Shown here piece by piece: positions 29,590 to 42,400 of a stretch of 64,000 bases of DNA. Under the pieces are notes generated by a model. The model saw only the letters and a program-made list of their open reading frames with translations. It searched no databases and was not told the origin of the DNA. Made by a program: the position numbers and the translations under genes. Origin of the DNA: Paraspadella gotoi (Eukaryota; Animalia; Chaetognatha). The stretch's first letter is position 1, and every line of letters starts with the position of its first letter. The stretch covers positions 14,129,694 to 14,193,693 of the forward strand of contig CM119267.1 in the NCBI GenBank assembly GCA_051294375.1, given 5' to 3'.

Positions 29590-31874
29590 CACGAAATGAT
29601 GATGACGTCCCAGCGATCTGCAACGAGCTCTGCCGGCGCCAAGGACGAAGTCAAAAAGGCGCGCCCAAATACGCGGAACTGCAGAAGGAGATCATGGCGC
29701 TGCGGGCGCAGAACGCCGCGCTGGAGGAGCGCATCGCCGCGCTGGAGGCCGAGCTCGACGAGCAGGTGGTGGCAAGCTGGAGTTTGTGTGGGGTGAGTTA
29801 CAAAGTGGAAGGGGAACCCTGCATCAGAAGTCAGTAAACGTCACATGTCTTTCGGAATCGAAAGATGATTACAGTTTACCGACCCGTTTTTAATTTCATT
29901 TGTTTTCAACCTTACCACGACCTCTGGATTCGTTCGTCCACTCTTTCCCTCACCTATTCTAATACTTCGTTGTTCCTTACTTTCCTCTTTTCTTTACTTT
30001 TCTCGTCGAACTACACAACGACACTACCATTTCTTTCACACTATCCTCCCACTCCCAACTCTCTTTAAAATCACATCTAAATCACATCCCCTCTACCGCA
30101 GGCTAAGATGCCACCGAGAGCAAATCAACGAGCGCGACGCCGAATCGAGAAGCTGCGCGCGCAACTCGCGGCGCAGATTCTCGAGTTGAAGGAGTTGATG
30201 GACTCGAAACTGGCGCTCGACGCCGAGATCTGCACCTACAGGCGCCTCCTGCAGGGAGAGGAGCATAGGTGGGTTTCGGACAAAACGACAAAAAGACCAA
30301 AAAGTCCTTATAACTATTATAAATATTATCCGACTGAATTCGACTGATTTCGACAAAAAACATTTTTTCTTCGACAATCCTTTATTCTTCCGGATTTCCA
30401 TGACAACAAACGCCAAAATAATAACAAAAAAAACAACAAAAAAATCCCCTTTTTTTCGTCGGAACCGAAACCAAAAGAGAGTAATTCGATATTTTTTTCG
30501 CTCCTTTGTAATCGGTTTCTGAATATAAGGAGAGATTAAAGCTTTTTTTGAATAATGCCCCAGTATTTAAAAGAAAACTTGACTTGTTTAAGGTTTATTA
30601 ACCGTCGATTTTCTTTACTTTTTTTTCCTTTCCCCCTCCCTAAAAACACTTTCGCTCTCTTCTTTGCCACGCCCATTCTCCCTGAACGCAACCACACCAC
30701 CTCTCGATCCCCTCCACCACAACTTTCCCCACTCCGACATCCCCGGCGCAGGCTGAAGGACCACATGTCGGGTCAGGTCACGGGTCCAAGGATCCTCCAG
30801 CAGCGCGTCCGCCACTGCGGCGGCGCCTCGCAGCAAGGTAAGTTGATCGAAAGAGGCACTTACCTCTAAAACACCTCATTAAAAAATCGTTTTTATAAAA
30901 AAAATTACAACGCTGCGTAATATTTAGTTCAAAGCGTCTTTTTCGCATATAATCCTTAGTTTTACGCTGTTTTGATGTGATTATAACCTTTGTTCATCGT
31001 TTAAAAAAACCTAATCTCTACCCTCACATGTCATTATAAAACAAAAATAATAACTGTAATAAAAAGGCAATATATAGTAAGAGTTGGAGAAAAATATAGG
31101 CTAAATAATGATTGCTCGTGTTTTGCTCCAAGAGTTGGGATGTGTTTCTGCATGGAGTGAGAATTTGCGTTTTGACAAACCCTCTTTTTCCCTGAAGGTC
31201 TGAGAAAAGGGAGTCAGTAATGAAAGAATTAATAGCGATGAAGAAAGATCACCATTTCGTTTCGCTTTTTTTTTTATTTTGGGGTTTTTTTACTTGTTTT
31301 CAGTTTTTATCAATTTTATTTAAGTACTTTTTTTTTTAATCTTTCGGGGATGACTGCTTTGTATTCGTAACCTTTATTAACACTACCCTATCCCACTCAA
31401 AAAAACAAAAAAATTCCAACAACTCTTGAACAAAAGTGACCGTATAATTTTTTTATTTCTGAGAGTTAACAAAAAAAAAAACAAGCATGCAACGCTGGCA
31501 TTAGACGTCAAAATTAGGAGGATAAATTATCGTTGTAATGGCAGGGCAATTTCTGTAAAATGAGCAAAATCGTAAAATTTAACTTATTTTTATTTGAAAG
31601 AAACGCTTTTAATACCTCATTAACCTCCATTGTTGCTCTTTACCTTGTCATCCTTTCTTTGCCACTCGAAAGACGAGGCGACCAAAAATAATAAATCCAA
31701 AATCCTGTCTCCTGCGTATCACAAAAAAAAAATCGTCATTAAAGAAATTAATAATCTCCGCGCGTCTTAAAAAAAAAAAAATCAGCAACCTCTCTCGTGA
31801 CTCGCCTTGTGTGTAATTGCATGTAAATAAAAATGGTGAGTCTCCAAGGACAGACCCGAAATCGACGTGGGTAA

Positions 31875-31908
<34 letters not shown>

Positions 31909-34900
31909 AGATTCCCCCTGGAGATTTTCAACTTAAAATAATTTATTTTCGCCGGTCGAAATTCTGCGCTTGAATCGTTTTTAATAAGGCACTTTAAAAT
32001 TTATGTATCAATAAACTATAAATAGCATTTATTTAGCAGTTAAAGTAACAGAAAAAAAAATAATATCGAGGAGAATTTCGAACGAGGCTTTCTCTTCCAC
32101 TTCTCGATCTCTCATTCCTTAATTCAACACTTTTTTGTGCTTTCATTAAATCTCAGAAACGGAAATCTTTGGTTCTTGTCTTCTCAATTTTATTTTAAAG
32201 AATAAAATGTGACTAACCTTAGGCCCATGGCGAATCTAACCAATGAATGTTTTTTTGTTTTGTTTTTTTTTTTTTTGTGCGAAAGAATTTCCTGTTTTCT
32301 CTTTTCTTTTAAAGATTCCATCCGTAGTCCTTGTGAAGGGATTAAGTAGATATATGAGCAGCGAGTAGCGGATGTATGCACTCAATATATAATAACTTAT
32401 ATGTTTTCAAAAGAAGTCATAGATTTTGACACTTGCATACATCTCCCGCTCGCCGAAGTCTTTCTATGATCCACCGCCGTAATCCGTACTATAACGCGCG
32501 TAACGCGCTAGTTTATAGTTAAGAGCCCATAGAAAGACCGCCAGTGAGTCAAATCCAGGGTACCAAATCTTCTTTCTTCTTTTTTTTTTTGTTTTCCTCG
32601 CTCTCGAATCTATACTAGAGAATTTTTTAGACGTATTAGAATTTAGTCATTTTCTTAATTTCTTTTTTTTTTTAATCTTGCGTCGCGCTTCTTTTTAGTT
32701 ACACCGACTTCAATTTCGAGGAGAAAAAAAAAAGATTGAAATGACGTCGGTGTACAAACTCTTAGATTTTTTTATTATTAATATCATTTTCTTAATTCAT
32801 GACATTAACCAAGAATGTGATTGCGCATGCCGAATGTGTAGCAGGATATATGGTGATGAAGTAAAAAATTGTTCGTAGATTTAAATTGATTACGAAGGTA
32901 ATTTTGGGTAAAAAAAAAAGTCGATTAGAAATATAGTTTGGGATTTCTGATATGACCCTATATGTAACAATCTCCCTATATCTTAGATTCATGCATCATG
33001 GCTGATACTAAAAGATATTTTTTAACTCGGAATTAAGTTATAATTTTTAAACTGCTTGCCTAATCCTTTGCTTTAGCTTTAGCAAGACCATTTGTTTTGC
33101 AGTGATGATTTGTTTGGTTTGCCTGAATACCGATTTTCTGGCCATGAAAAAATTTATTTTGAATGGAATTTGCTTATTTTATTTTATATTTTATTGCAAG
33201 AAGAAAAAACGAGGTGATGGAAAGTTTAGGTCAGCCATCAAAGTGCTGGGTGCGAGTTTTTTCTAAAATTGGAAGAATTGAAATTGTCGCTGGAAAATGT
33301 AACAATTTCTTCCAACATTGGGGGCGGTATTCTTAGTATAATCTCTTTTTTAACATTGTTTACTATATTTTAGATCGTCGCATAACTTTGTTTGAGTCTT
33401 CAATTTGTTGAGTTTTAAAAAACTCAGGAGGGACTTATTTATCTTTTCATACATCCATTATATATGGAGTTAAATATTATTAAATCGAATTTAAATCCAG
33501 CATCGCTGTTCTCTGAACTTAACCGTCACTTTGTTCTATTCGCAGAATTTTTACGTTCAAAAACTTTCACTTTTAAATCACTGTAAAGGCAAGTCTTTAT
33601 CCACACGATTCAAACTTAATAGAGAATCATTTCAATCTGAGAACAAACTCTTTGTTTATTTTTATTTCGTTTTCAAATGATCTTCCGAAAAATCGGTTCT
33701 TCTACGCATGCTGTTCCACGTATTTCGAATTTCACGGCTCAGCCTTTTTTGGTTGATGCTTGAAGTTTTTTTATTTCTGTTTATATTCTTTTTTTTATTG
33801 TTGTCACGAGAGCCTTCCTTTATGTAAGTTCGGCTGCAAACGAACCAATCTGTGTTAGCAAAACTAATACACTAGTTTTCACCCACCCACCCATTTTATT
33901 TCTCTTTTTTTAATTCATTGATTTTTTCTTTATTATTTCTGGTATATTCTGGTACCCTGAAAAACTTGGTCGACGACTTCTGCCATAGTTTATTTAAAAA
34001 AAAATAAATTCAGCATATTCCATTCATTATAAATTACACTCGTACTGCAATGATACAATGGTACTCTATATCTGAGCAATTAATAATTAAGTAAAAATTT
34101 AAATGCGTCGGATTAATTATAATAAGCACAGAGTACAAAATGAAAGCAATCTTTCTTACAAGAGTGTTTTCGAGCAAGTGCTCTCTTGAATGACACAAAC
34201 AATTGCTTCAAGATGATTCAAGATAATTATTCTCCCGCATTGCGTGGGTGATATTACATTATTTTAGCGCTTAAACAAGAATAAATCTTAAGATATATTT
34301 AAAATTAGATATTTATTTTTGGAAATTAATGCCTTTTTGGTGCTAGAGTATTCGGCATCTTGATGCATGTTTTTAGAATAGTCGGTCACGTTTCTTTTTG
34401 AGCGATTCTTATTTTACTAATAAACTGTACAATAGAAATTATATTTATAGATTTTAATTTTTTTTCGCCACTAGATGACGTGACCGACGAAAAGAAACCA
34501 AAATCAACGAATTTATTTTTTATAATTTTTTTCTAAAAAAAATTTAAAAAAAGGTTGTCATTCATCCACGACACGCTTCGTGTACTTTCGTTTTCATTGC
34601 AGTGATCAGAGAAATGTCTTCAGAAATGCAGTCGTCAGCCGGTGGTGGCCATGGCGGCATGGGGCATGAGCGGTGGTGGATCCTACGGGGGCGGTCCTCT
34701 TCGTCTCTCTCTTACTCTTACTCCAAGAAAACGCTGTCATCCAGCTCTATGATTCGTAGACGACGGGAACGATTTTGTGATTCGCTAGATAATCTAGGTT
34801 GGGCGGAGATTAGTGATCTACGAAAAATGTCGGGCGAAGCCTTTCTGGTTTTTTTGGGGGCTTTTTTTTCTTACAAAGTTTAAAACATATTTAAATAACG

Positions 34901-35743
34901 CGTTCAGAGATTTTGAGGGTAAACAAAACGATCGATACGCAGAGACGGTAAAAAAAATAATTTTGTTTTCGTGTATTGTTTTTTACTTCATTCTTCATTA
35001 TTTTTTTTTATATTCTATTAGTCTCTTTTCGAGCTCCGCTATGTGTGTAAACTAATTGGTGGCTGAATTATAAACAAATTAGTCTACTGAAGGGAAACGA
35101 GTATTTTCGATGCCCACTCATCGAAAAAATGCTTCGTTCCCTTCAAAAAAAAAATACAAACAAAAAACAAACAAAATGCTTAACATTGTCGCTTACCAAC
35201 ACATGGCATGTCCACTATTTTAATTGTAACAAATAGTTTTTTTACGCTTTTCCAAATTATAGATGCCAGTAAAATCGTCTATAATGTCAATCTTTCAAGT
35301 ACTACTTTTTAAAAAAATAAATACACGTTTGTACAAAAAAATTGCTTGTACCAAACGTCATCGCTCATTCCACAAAAAAATTTAATTCGAGACGGCAAAC
35401 ACACAATAATTTTTTCTCTTTTACCCTAAATTCTCACCGATTTAAGTCTTATTTTTTGTGACACTCTGCGGCAGAAAATTAGGATTTTAAATTGGTGTTC
35501 CGCTTATATTTTTTATGAGGCTCCAAGCGAATTAAAAATCACGATTGTGATATGAATTTTTTTTCCTCTCCTCTTCATGTACACAATTTTTTTTCATCGA
35601 TTTAAGCGTTTGATCACATAAGAAGCACAAACAAAAGAACAATGGAAACTTCCACTGAAAAAGGGAAAAAAACATTGGTTTTTATAGACTCGCGTACGTC
35701 ATGAATCCATTTGCTTTCTCTTTATAGTGACCATTCTCCTAAG

Positions 35744-35811
<68 letters not shown>

Positions 35812-37739
35812 AAACTTTATTCTCTCTCCCTCTGTCCTCTATCTCGTCCGTAATTAATTTGAAATATAAACACATTTTTTTTGCGGTCTACAGTGGAACG
35901 GGAAGACTCTGCTCGCACCGTTTCATTTTAAGACTTTCAGTAGTGTTACTCTAGTCTCAGTAGCTGATTTAGACGGACTCGGATCGGCCCTCGTAGTAGT
36001 GACGCCGTTTACCACGACGACGTCACGAGCAACAGTCCGACACCCCCCTTCCTCCGAATTCCCCGCACTCTTGGACCTGACCCCATCCAGATCGGGGAGA
36101 CCCGGCCTGACCTGACCCAGACGAAACTACCCGTGAGGCAGACTCTGCTCCAACACAGATGCGAAACGTCGAATTCCATCGCCGAAAAACAAACTTCCAT
36201 ATATAAAATTCGCATTCTTAGATTATTTTATTTGAATATATTTGGCAAAAAAAGTAGACCGAAGGTCTGGAAATGCAATTGATCAAAAGTAGATTTTTTA
36301 TCTCTCTCTNNNNNNNNNNNNNNNNNNNNNNNNNCCGGCGCCAAGGACGAAGTCAAAAAGGCGCGCGCCAAATACGCGGAACTGCAGAAGGAGATCATGG
36401 CGCTGCGGGCGCAGAACGCCGCGCTGGAGGAGCGCATCGCCGCGCTGGAGGCCGAGCTCGACGAGCAGGTGGGTGGCAAGCTGGAGTTTGTGTGGGGTGA
36501 GTTCGTTGACAAAGTAAACGTCACATGTCTTTCGGAATCGAAAGATGATCGTACAGTTTACCGACCCGTTTTTAATTTCATTTGTTTTCTAACCTTACCA
36601 CGACCTCTGGATTCGTTCGTCCACTCATTCCCTCACCTATTCTAATACTTCGTTGTTCCTTACTTCTCTCTTTTNNNNNNNNNNNNNNNNNNNNNNNNNA
36701 AAGTAAAGAAAATCGACGGTTAATAATCTTAAACAAGTCAAGTTTTCTTTTAAATACTGGGGCATTATTCAAAAAAGCTTTAACTCTCCTTATATTCAGA
36801 AACCGATTACAAAGGAGCGAAAAAAATATCGAATTATCTCTTTTGGTTTCGGTTCCGACGAAAAAAAAAGGGATTTTTTTGTTGTTTTTTTGTTATTTAT
36901 TTTGGTGTTGGTTGTCATGGAAATCACGGAAGAATAAAGGATTGTCGAAGAAAAAATGTTTTTTGTCGAAATCAGTCGAATTCAGTCGGATAATATTTAT
37001 AATAGTTATAAGGACTTTTTGGTCTTTTGTCGTTTTGTCCGAAACCCACCTATGCTCCTCTCCCTGCAGGAGGCGCCTGTAGGTGCAGATCTCGGCGTCG
37101 AGCGCCAGTTTCGAGTCCATCAACTCCTTCAACTCGAGAATCTGCGCCGCGAGTTGCGCGCGCAGCTCTCTCGATCTCGGGTCGCGCTCGTTGATTTGCT
37201 CTCGGTGCATCTTAGCCTGCGGTAGAGGGGATGTGATTTAGATGTTGATTTAAAAGAGAGTTCGGGAGTGGGAGGATAGTGTGAAAGAAATGGTAGTGTC
37301 GTTCGACGAGAAAAGTAAAGGAAAAGAGAGAAGTAAGGAACAACGAAGTATTAGAATAGGTGAGGGAATGAGTGGACGAACGAATCCAGAGGTCGTGGTA
37401 AGGTTAGAAAACAAATGAAATTAAAAACGGGTCGGTAAACTGTAAAATCATCTTTCGATTCCGAAAGACATGTGACGTTTACTGAGAGCCAGCTTCTCGA
37501 TGCAGGGTTCCCTTCCACTTTGTCAACGAACTCACCCCACACAAACTCCAGCTTGCCACCACCTGCTCGTCGAGCTCGGCCTCCAGCGCGGCGATCGCTC
37601 CTCCAGCGCGGCGTTCTGCGCCCGCAGCGCCATGATCTCCTTCTGCAGTTCCGCGTATTTGGCGCGCGCCTTTTTGACTTCGTCCTTGGCGCCGGCGAGC
37701 TCGTTGCAAGATCGCTGGGACGTCATCATCATTTCGTTG

Positions 37740-37835
<96 letters not shown>

Positions 37836-39370
37836 TATTATAGTTATTATTCCGATTAATGCAAAGACCTGCCATTTTCCCTTCTGAAGAAAAAAAAAAA
37901 AAACCCACTCTCGACTTAAAAAAGAGGGAAACAAAATGGACTAAAAATGTGTGTGACTCATCGGCAGCAAACAATCGACGACTTAGATTCGATTTGGTAT
38001 TATTTTTTTTGGTTCATTTCTCCCTTCACTTTTCCTCTCTCTCTCTCTCTCTACTTTGGAGACTCTCTCAGAAGCCGCGTCCCTCGGGACTTACTTCGAT
38101 TGAGGCTCTCCTCGGAATTCCAGTCCGATTCTATAGAAAACAAACAAAAAATTTGCGAAAGGGTTGTAACTCGGGAGTTCGCGAGAGATATATGAGAATG
38201 GAGCCGGTGTCGAGCGAGCTGTCCACACAGAAGACGCATAATAATTCAGCTACGCCCTCATATTATGACTAATGATTACTGAGTTATCTCATCATTTAGG
38301 TTTAATGTGCTTCACGGGCGTTCAAATAACTTTTGATGTTGTTCATCCAAAGGTTTATAATAATCCAGAGAAAATACTTGAAATTTCTTTTAAACAAAAG
38401 TCATAAACAACGGCGTTGCAAAATTTCTCTCTATTATCCTATTCCCCGATAACTTAACGAAGTTTAACAGAGTGAACGACATAAGTGGCCTCAAAAATGG
38501 AGACCTGAAAATGTCAAATAAAACGGAAAAAAAAAGAAAAGTAGTAGAAAGATAGGACTCTTTGGCCGCCAACCCTTCTTTTCACCACGCATTGAAAATG
38601 GGGCATGGAGCGACTCTTACCGTTACCTTCCCTCCTCCACCCCCCAAAAAACCCCTTCGATGGCAATGCGTTTTTTTCTCGCCCGATATTTACTGTCCTC
38701 CCCCTCTTTTTTTTTTCTCCAACCACCTTTTTTTTCTCCCTACTTGTTTGTTCCTGCACTTTTTTTCTTTCAAATAAACAGGTTTTTTGTTTTAGTATGT
38801 TGTTATTTAGTTGTTGCGTTATGTGGTTCAGTAGAGTTTTTTCGTTCTGAATATGCGTAATGACATTTCTCTGAATATAACATTTTCGGTGGTTGTTTCC
38901 TGTCCCATTCATCTCGTATCCGCCCTGTCCCATATAGGTATGTACAGTTGTTAACTTCCTTTCTGCATACATGATAACAATCATACTCTTTTTCTATCAT
39001 CATTCTCTCTTCTTCGTCTCTCTCCTCTGCTTCTTAGTCTCTCTTCCTGCTCTCGTCTTTCTCCGTATGCTTCTTCTCCTTCTTCCTCTCTCGTCTGCTC
39101 ACTGCTCGTGCTGTCTTCTCCTCTCACATCTGCTCTTCTATCTCCTCTCTGTCCCATCCCCCCAGGCCCTATATTTTTTCCCCTGAAAGTTTGTTTTTAA
39201 TTCTCCTCACGCTTTATTTGTTCGAACAAATTTTCTCCTCTCTTTTCCATTTCATCTTCGCTTTACACTCCTTCCCTTCGTGATTCCGCAGCCATGTCTT
39301 CAGACCTTCTCGCTATTTTTTTGTAGAAAATTATCGGCATCTCTGACTCTGCTCTCGTCTCTTCGGTCTG

Positions 39371-39440
<70 letters not shown>

Positions 39441-42400
39441 TCTCTCTGCCCAATCCACATTCGTACTGGCAATTTTTTCCCCCCTATTTGATAAAAGGAG
39501 AAATAATTCTCTCGTTCTTTTCATCTTCAAAACCACACGAACGAAAAAGTAAAAAAGAACAAATTTCTCCCATTTTATTAATTTTTATTCTGGAGTTCGC
39601 ACGTCCCACCAAATTTTCAGGGGTCTACTTTCCCCCAAATTCGAGGTGTTCGATCGCCATTTCGGACCTTCAAATTTAACAGAGAGTCAGTGGAAATAAA
39701 GTAAGTCTCCTGAGCCTGCGCCGCGCCCCGTCAGAACGCGAGGACCACCGGAGGCACCCAGATGAGAAGCCTCTCTATCCGGAGCCATCGGGAAGTCCCG
39801 ATCCGCCTTCGTCCGAAATATTAAATTTTTTTTCTTTCCCCCTCCCTAAAACACTTTCGCTCTCTTCTTTGCCACGCGCATTCTCCCTGAACGCAACCAC
39901 ACCACTCTCTCGATCCCCTCCACCACAACTTTCCCCACTCCCGACATCCCCGGCGCAGGCTGAAGGACCACATGTCGGGTCAGGTCACGGTCCAAGGATC
40001 CTCCAGCAGCGCGTCCGCCACTGCCGGCGGCGCCTCGCAGCAAGGTAAGTTGATCGAAAGAGGCACTTACCTCTAAAACACCTCATTAAAAAGTCGTTTT
40101 TATAAAAAAAATTACAACGCTGCGTAATATTTAGTTCAAAGCGTCTTTTTCGCATATAATCCTTAGTTTTACGCTGTTTTGATGTGATTATAACCTTTGT
40201 TCATCGTTTAAAAAAACCTAATCTCTACCCTCACATGTCATTATAAAACAAAAATAATAACTGTAATAAAAAGGCAATATATAGTAAGAGTTGGAGAAAA
40301 ATATAGGCTAAAATAATGATTGCTCGTGTTTTGCTCCAAGAGTTGGGATGTGTTTCTGCATGGAGTGAGAATTTGCGTTTGACAAACCCTCTTTTTCCCC
40401 TGAAGGTCTGAGAAAAGGGAGTCAGTAATGAAAGAAATTAAATAGCGATTGAGAAGAAAGATCACCATATCGTTTCGCTTTTTTTTTTATTTTGGGGTTT
40501 TTTTTTACCTTGGTTTTCAGTTTTTATCAATTTTATTTTAAGTACTTTTTTTTTTAATCTTTCGGGGATGACTGCTTTGTATTCGTAACCTTTATTAACA
40601 CTACCCTTTCCCACTCAAAAAAAAAAAAATTCCAACAACTCTTGAACAAAAGTGACCGTATAATTTTTTTATTTCTGAGAGTTAACAAAAAAAAAACAAG
40701 CATGCAACGCTGGCATTAGACGTCAAGATTAGAGAGGAATAAAATTATCGTTGTAATGGCAGGGCAATTTCTGTAAAATGAGTCAAAAATCGTAAAATAT
40801 AACTTATTTTTATTTGAAAGAAACGCTTTTAATACCTCATTAACCTCCATTGTTGCTCTTTACCTTGTCATCCTTTCTTTGCCACTCGAAAGACGAGGCG
40901 ACCAAAAAATAAAAATCCAAAATCCTGTCTCCTGCGTATCACAAAAAAAAATCGTCATTAAAAGAAATTAAAATCTCCGCGCGTCTTAAAAAAAAAAATC
41001 AGCAACCTCTCTCTGTACTCGCCTTGTGTGTAAATTGCATGTAAATAAAAAATGGTGAGTCTCCAAGGATCAGACCCGAAATCGACGTGGGTAATTCCTC
41101 TCTCTCTCTCTCTCTCTCTCCTCTCTTCTAGATTCCCCCTGGAGATTTTCAACTTAAAATAACTTATTTCGCCGGTCGAAATTCTGCGCTTGAATCGTTT
41201 TTAATAAGGCACTTTAAAAATTTATGTATCAATAAACTATAAATAGCATTTATTTAGCAGTTAAAGTAAACAGAAAAAAAAAATAATATCGAGGAGAATT
41301 TCGAACGAGGCTTTCTCTTCCACTTCTCGATCTCTCATTCCTTAATTCAACACTTTTTTTGTCTTTCATTAAATCTCAGAAACGGAAATTCTTTGGTTCT
41401 TGTCTCTCAATTTTATTTTAAAGAATAAAATGTGGACTAACCTTAGGCCCATGGCGAATCTAACCAATGAATGTTTTTTTGTTTTGTTTTTTTTTTTTTT
41501 TTGGTGCAAAGAATTTCCTGTTTTCTCTTTTCTTTTAAAGATTCCATCCGTAGTCCTTGTGAAGGGATTAAGTAGATATAATGAGCAGCGAGTAGCGGAT
41601 GTATGCACTCAATATATATAATAACTTATATGTTTCAAAAGAAGTCATAGATTTTGACACTTGCATACATCTCCCGCTCGCCGAAGTCTTTCTATGAATC
41701 CACCGCCGTAATCCGTACTATAAACGCGTAACGCGCTAGTTTTATAGTAAGAGCCCATAGAAAGACCGCCAGTGAGTCAAATCTCAGGGTACCAAATCTT
41801 CTTTCTTCTTTTTTTTTTGTTTCCTCGCTCTCGAATCTATACTAGAGAATTTTTTAGACGTATTAGAATTTAGTCATTTTCTTAATTTCATTTTTTTTTT
41901 TAATCTTGCGTCGCGCTTCTTTTGAGTTACACCGACTTCAATTTCGAGGCGAGAAAAAAAAAAGATTGAAATGACGTCGGTGTACAAACTCTTAGATTTT
42001 TTTTATTATTAATATCATTTTTTTAAATTCATGACATTTAACCAAGAATGTGATTGCGCATGCCGAATGTGTAGCAGGACTATATGGTGATGGAAGTAAA
42101 AAAATTGTTCGTAGACTTTAAATTGATTACGAAGGTAATTTTGGGTAAAAAAAAAAGTCGATTAGAAATATAGTTTGGGATTTCTGATAATGACCTATAT
42201 GTAACAATCTCCCTTCATGATCTTAGATTCATGCATCATGGCTGATACTAAAAGATATTTTTTTAACTCGGAATATTAATGCTTAAATTTTTAAAAAAAC
42301 TGCTTGCCTAATCCTTTGCTTTAGCTTTAGCCAAGACCATTTGTTTTGCAGTATGATTTGTTTTTGGTTTGCCTGAATACCGATTTTCTGGCCACTGAAA

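Noticed and set aside
40406-41156. More tiny terminal exons in the tail intron (GLRKGSQ* at 40406, DEATKK* near 40893, DSPWRFST* near 41132)
   Set aside because: Pyrimidine tract plus AG followed by a quick stop is expected by chance in AT-rich introns, and there is no GC island or other support.
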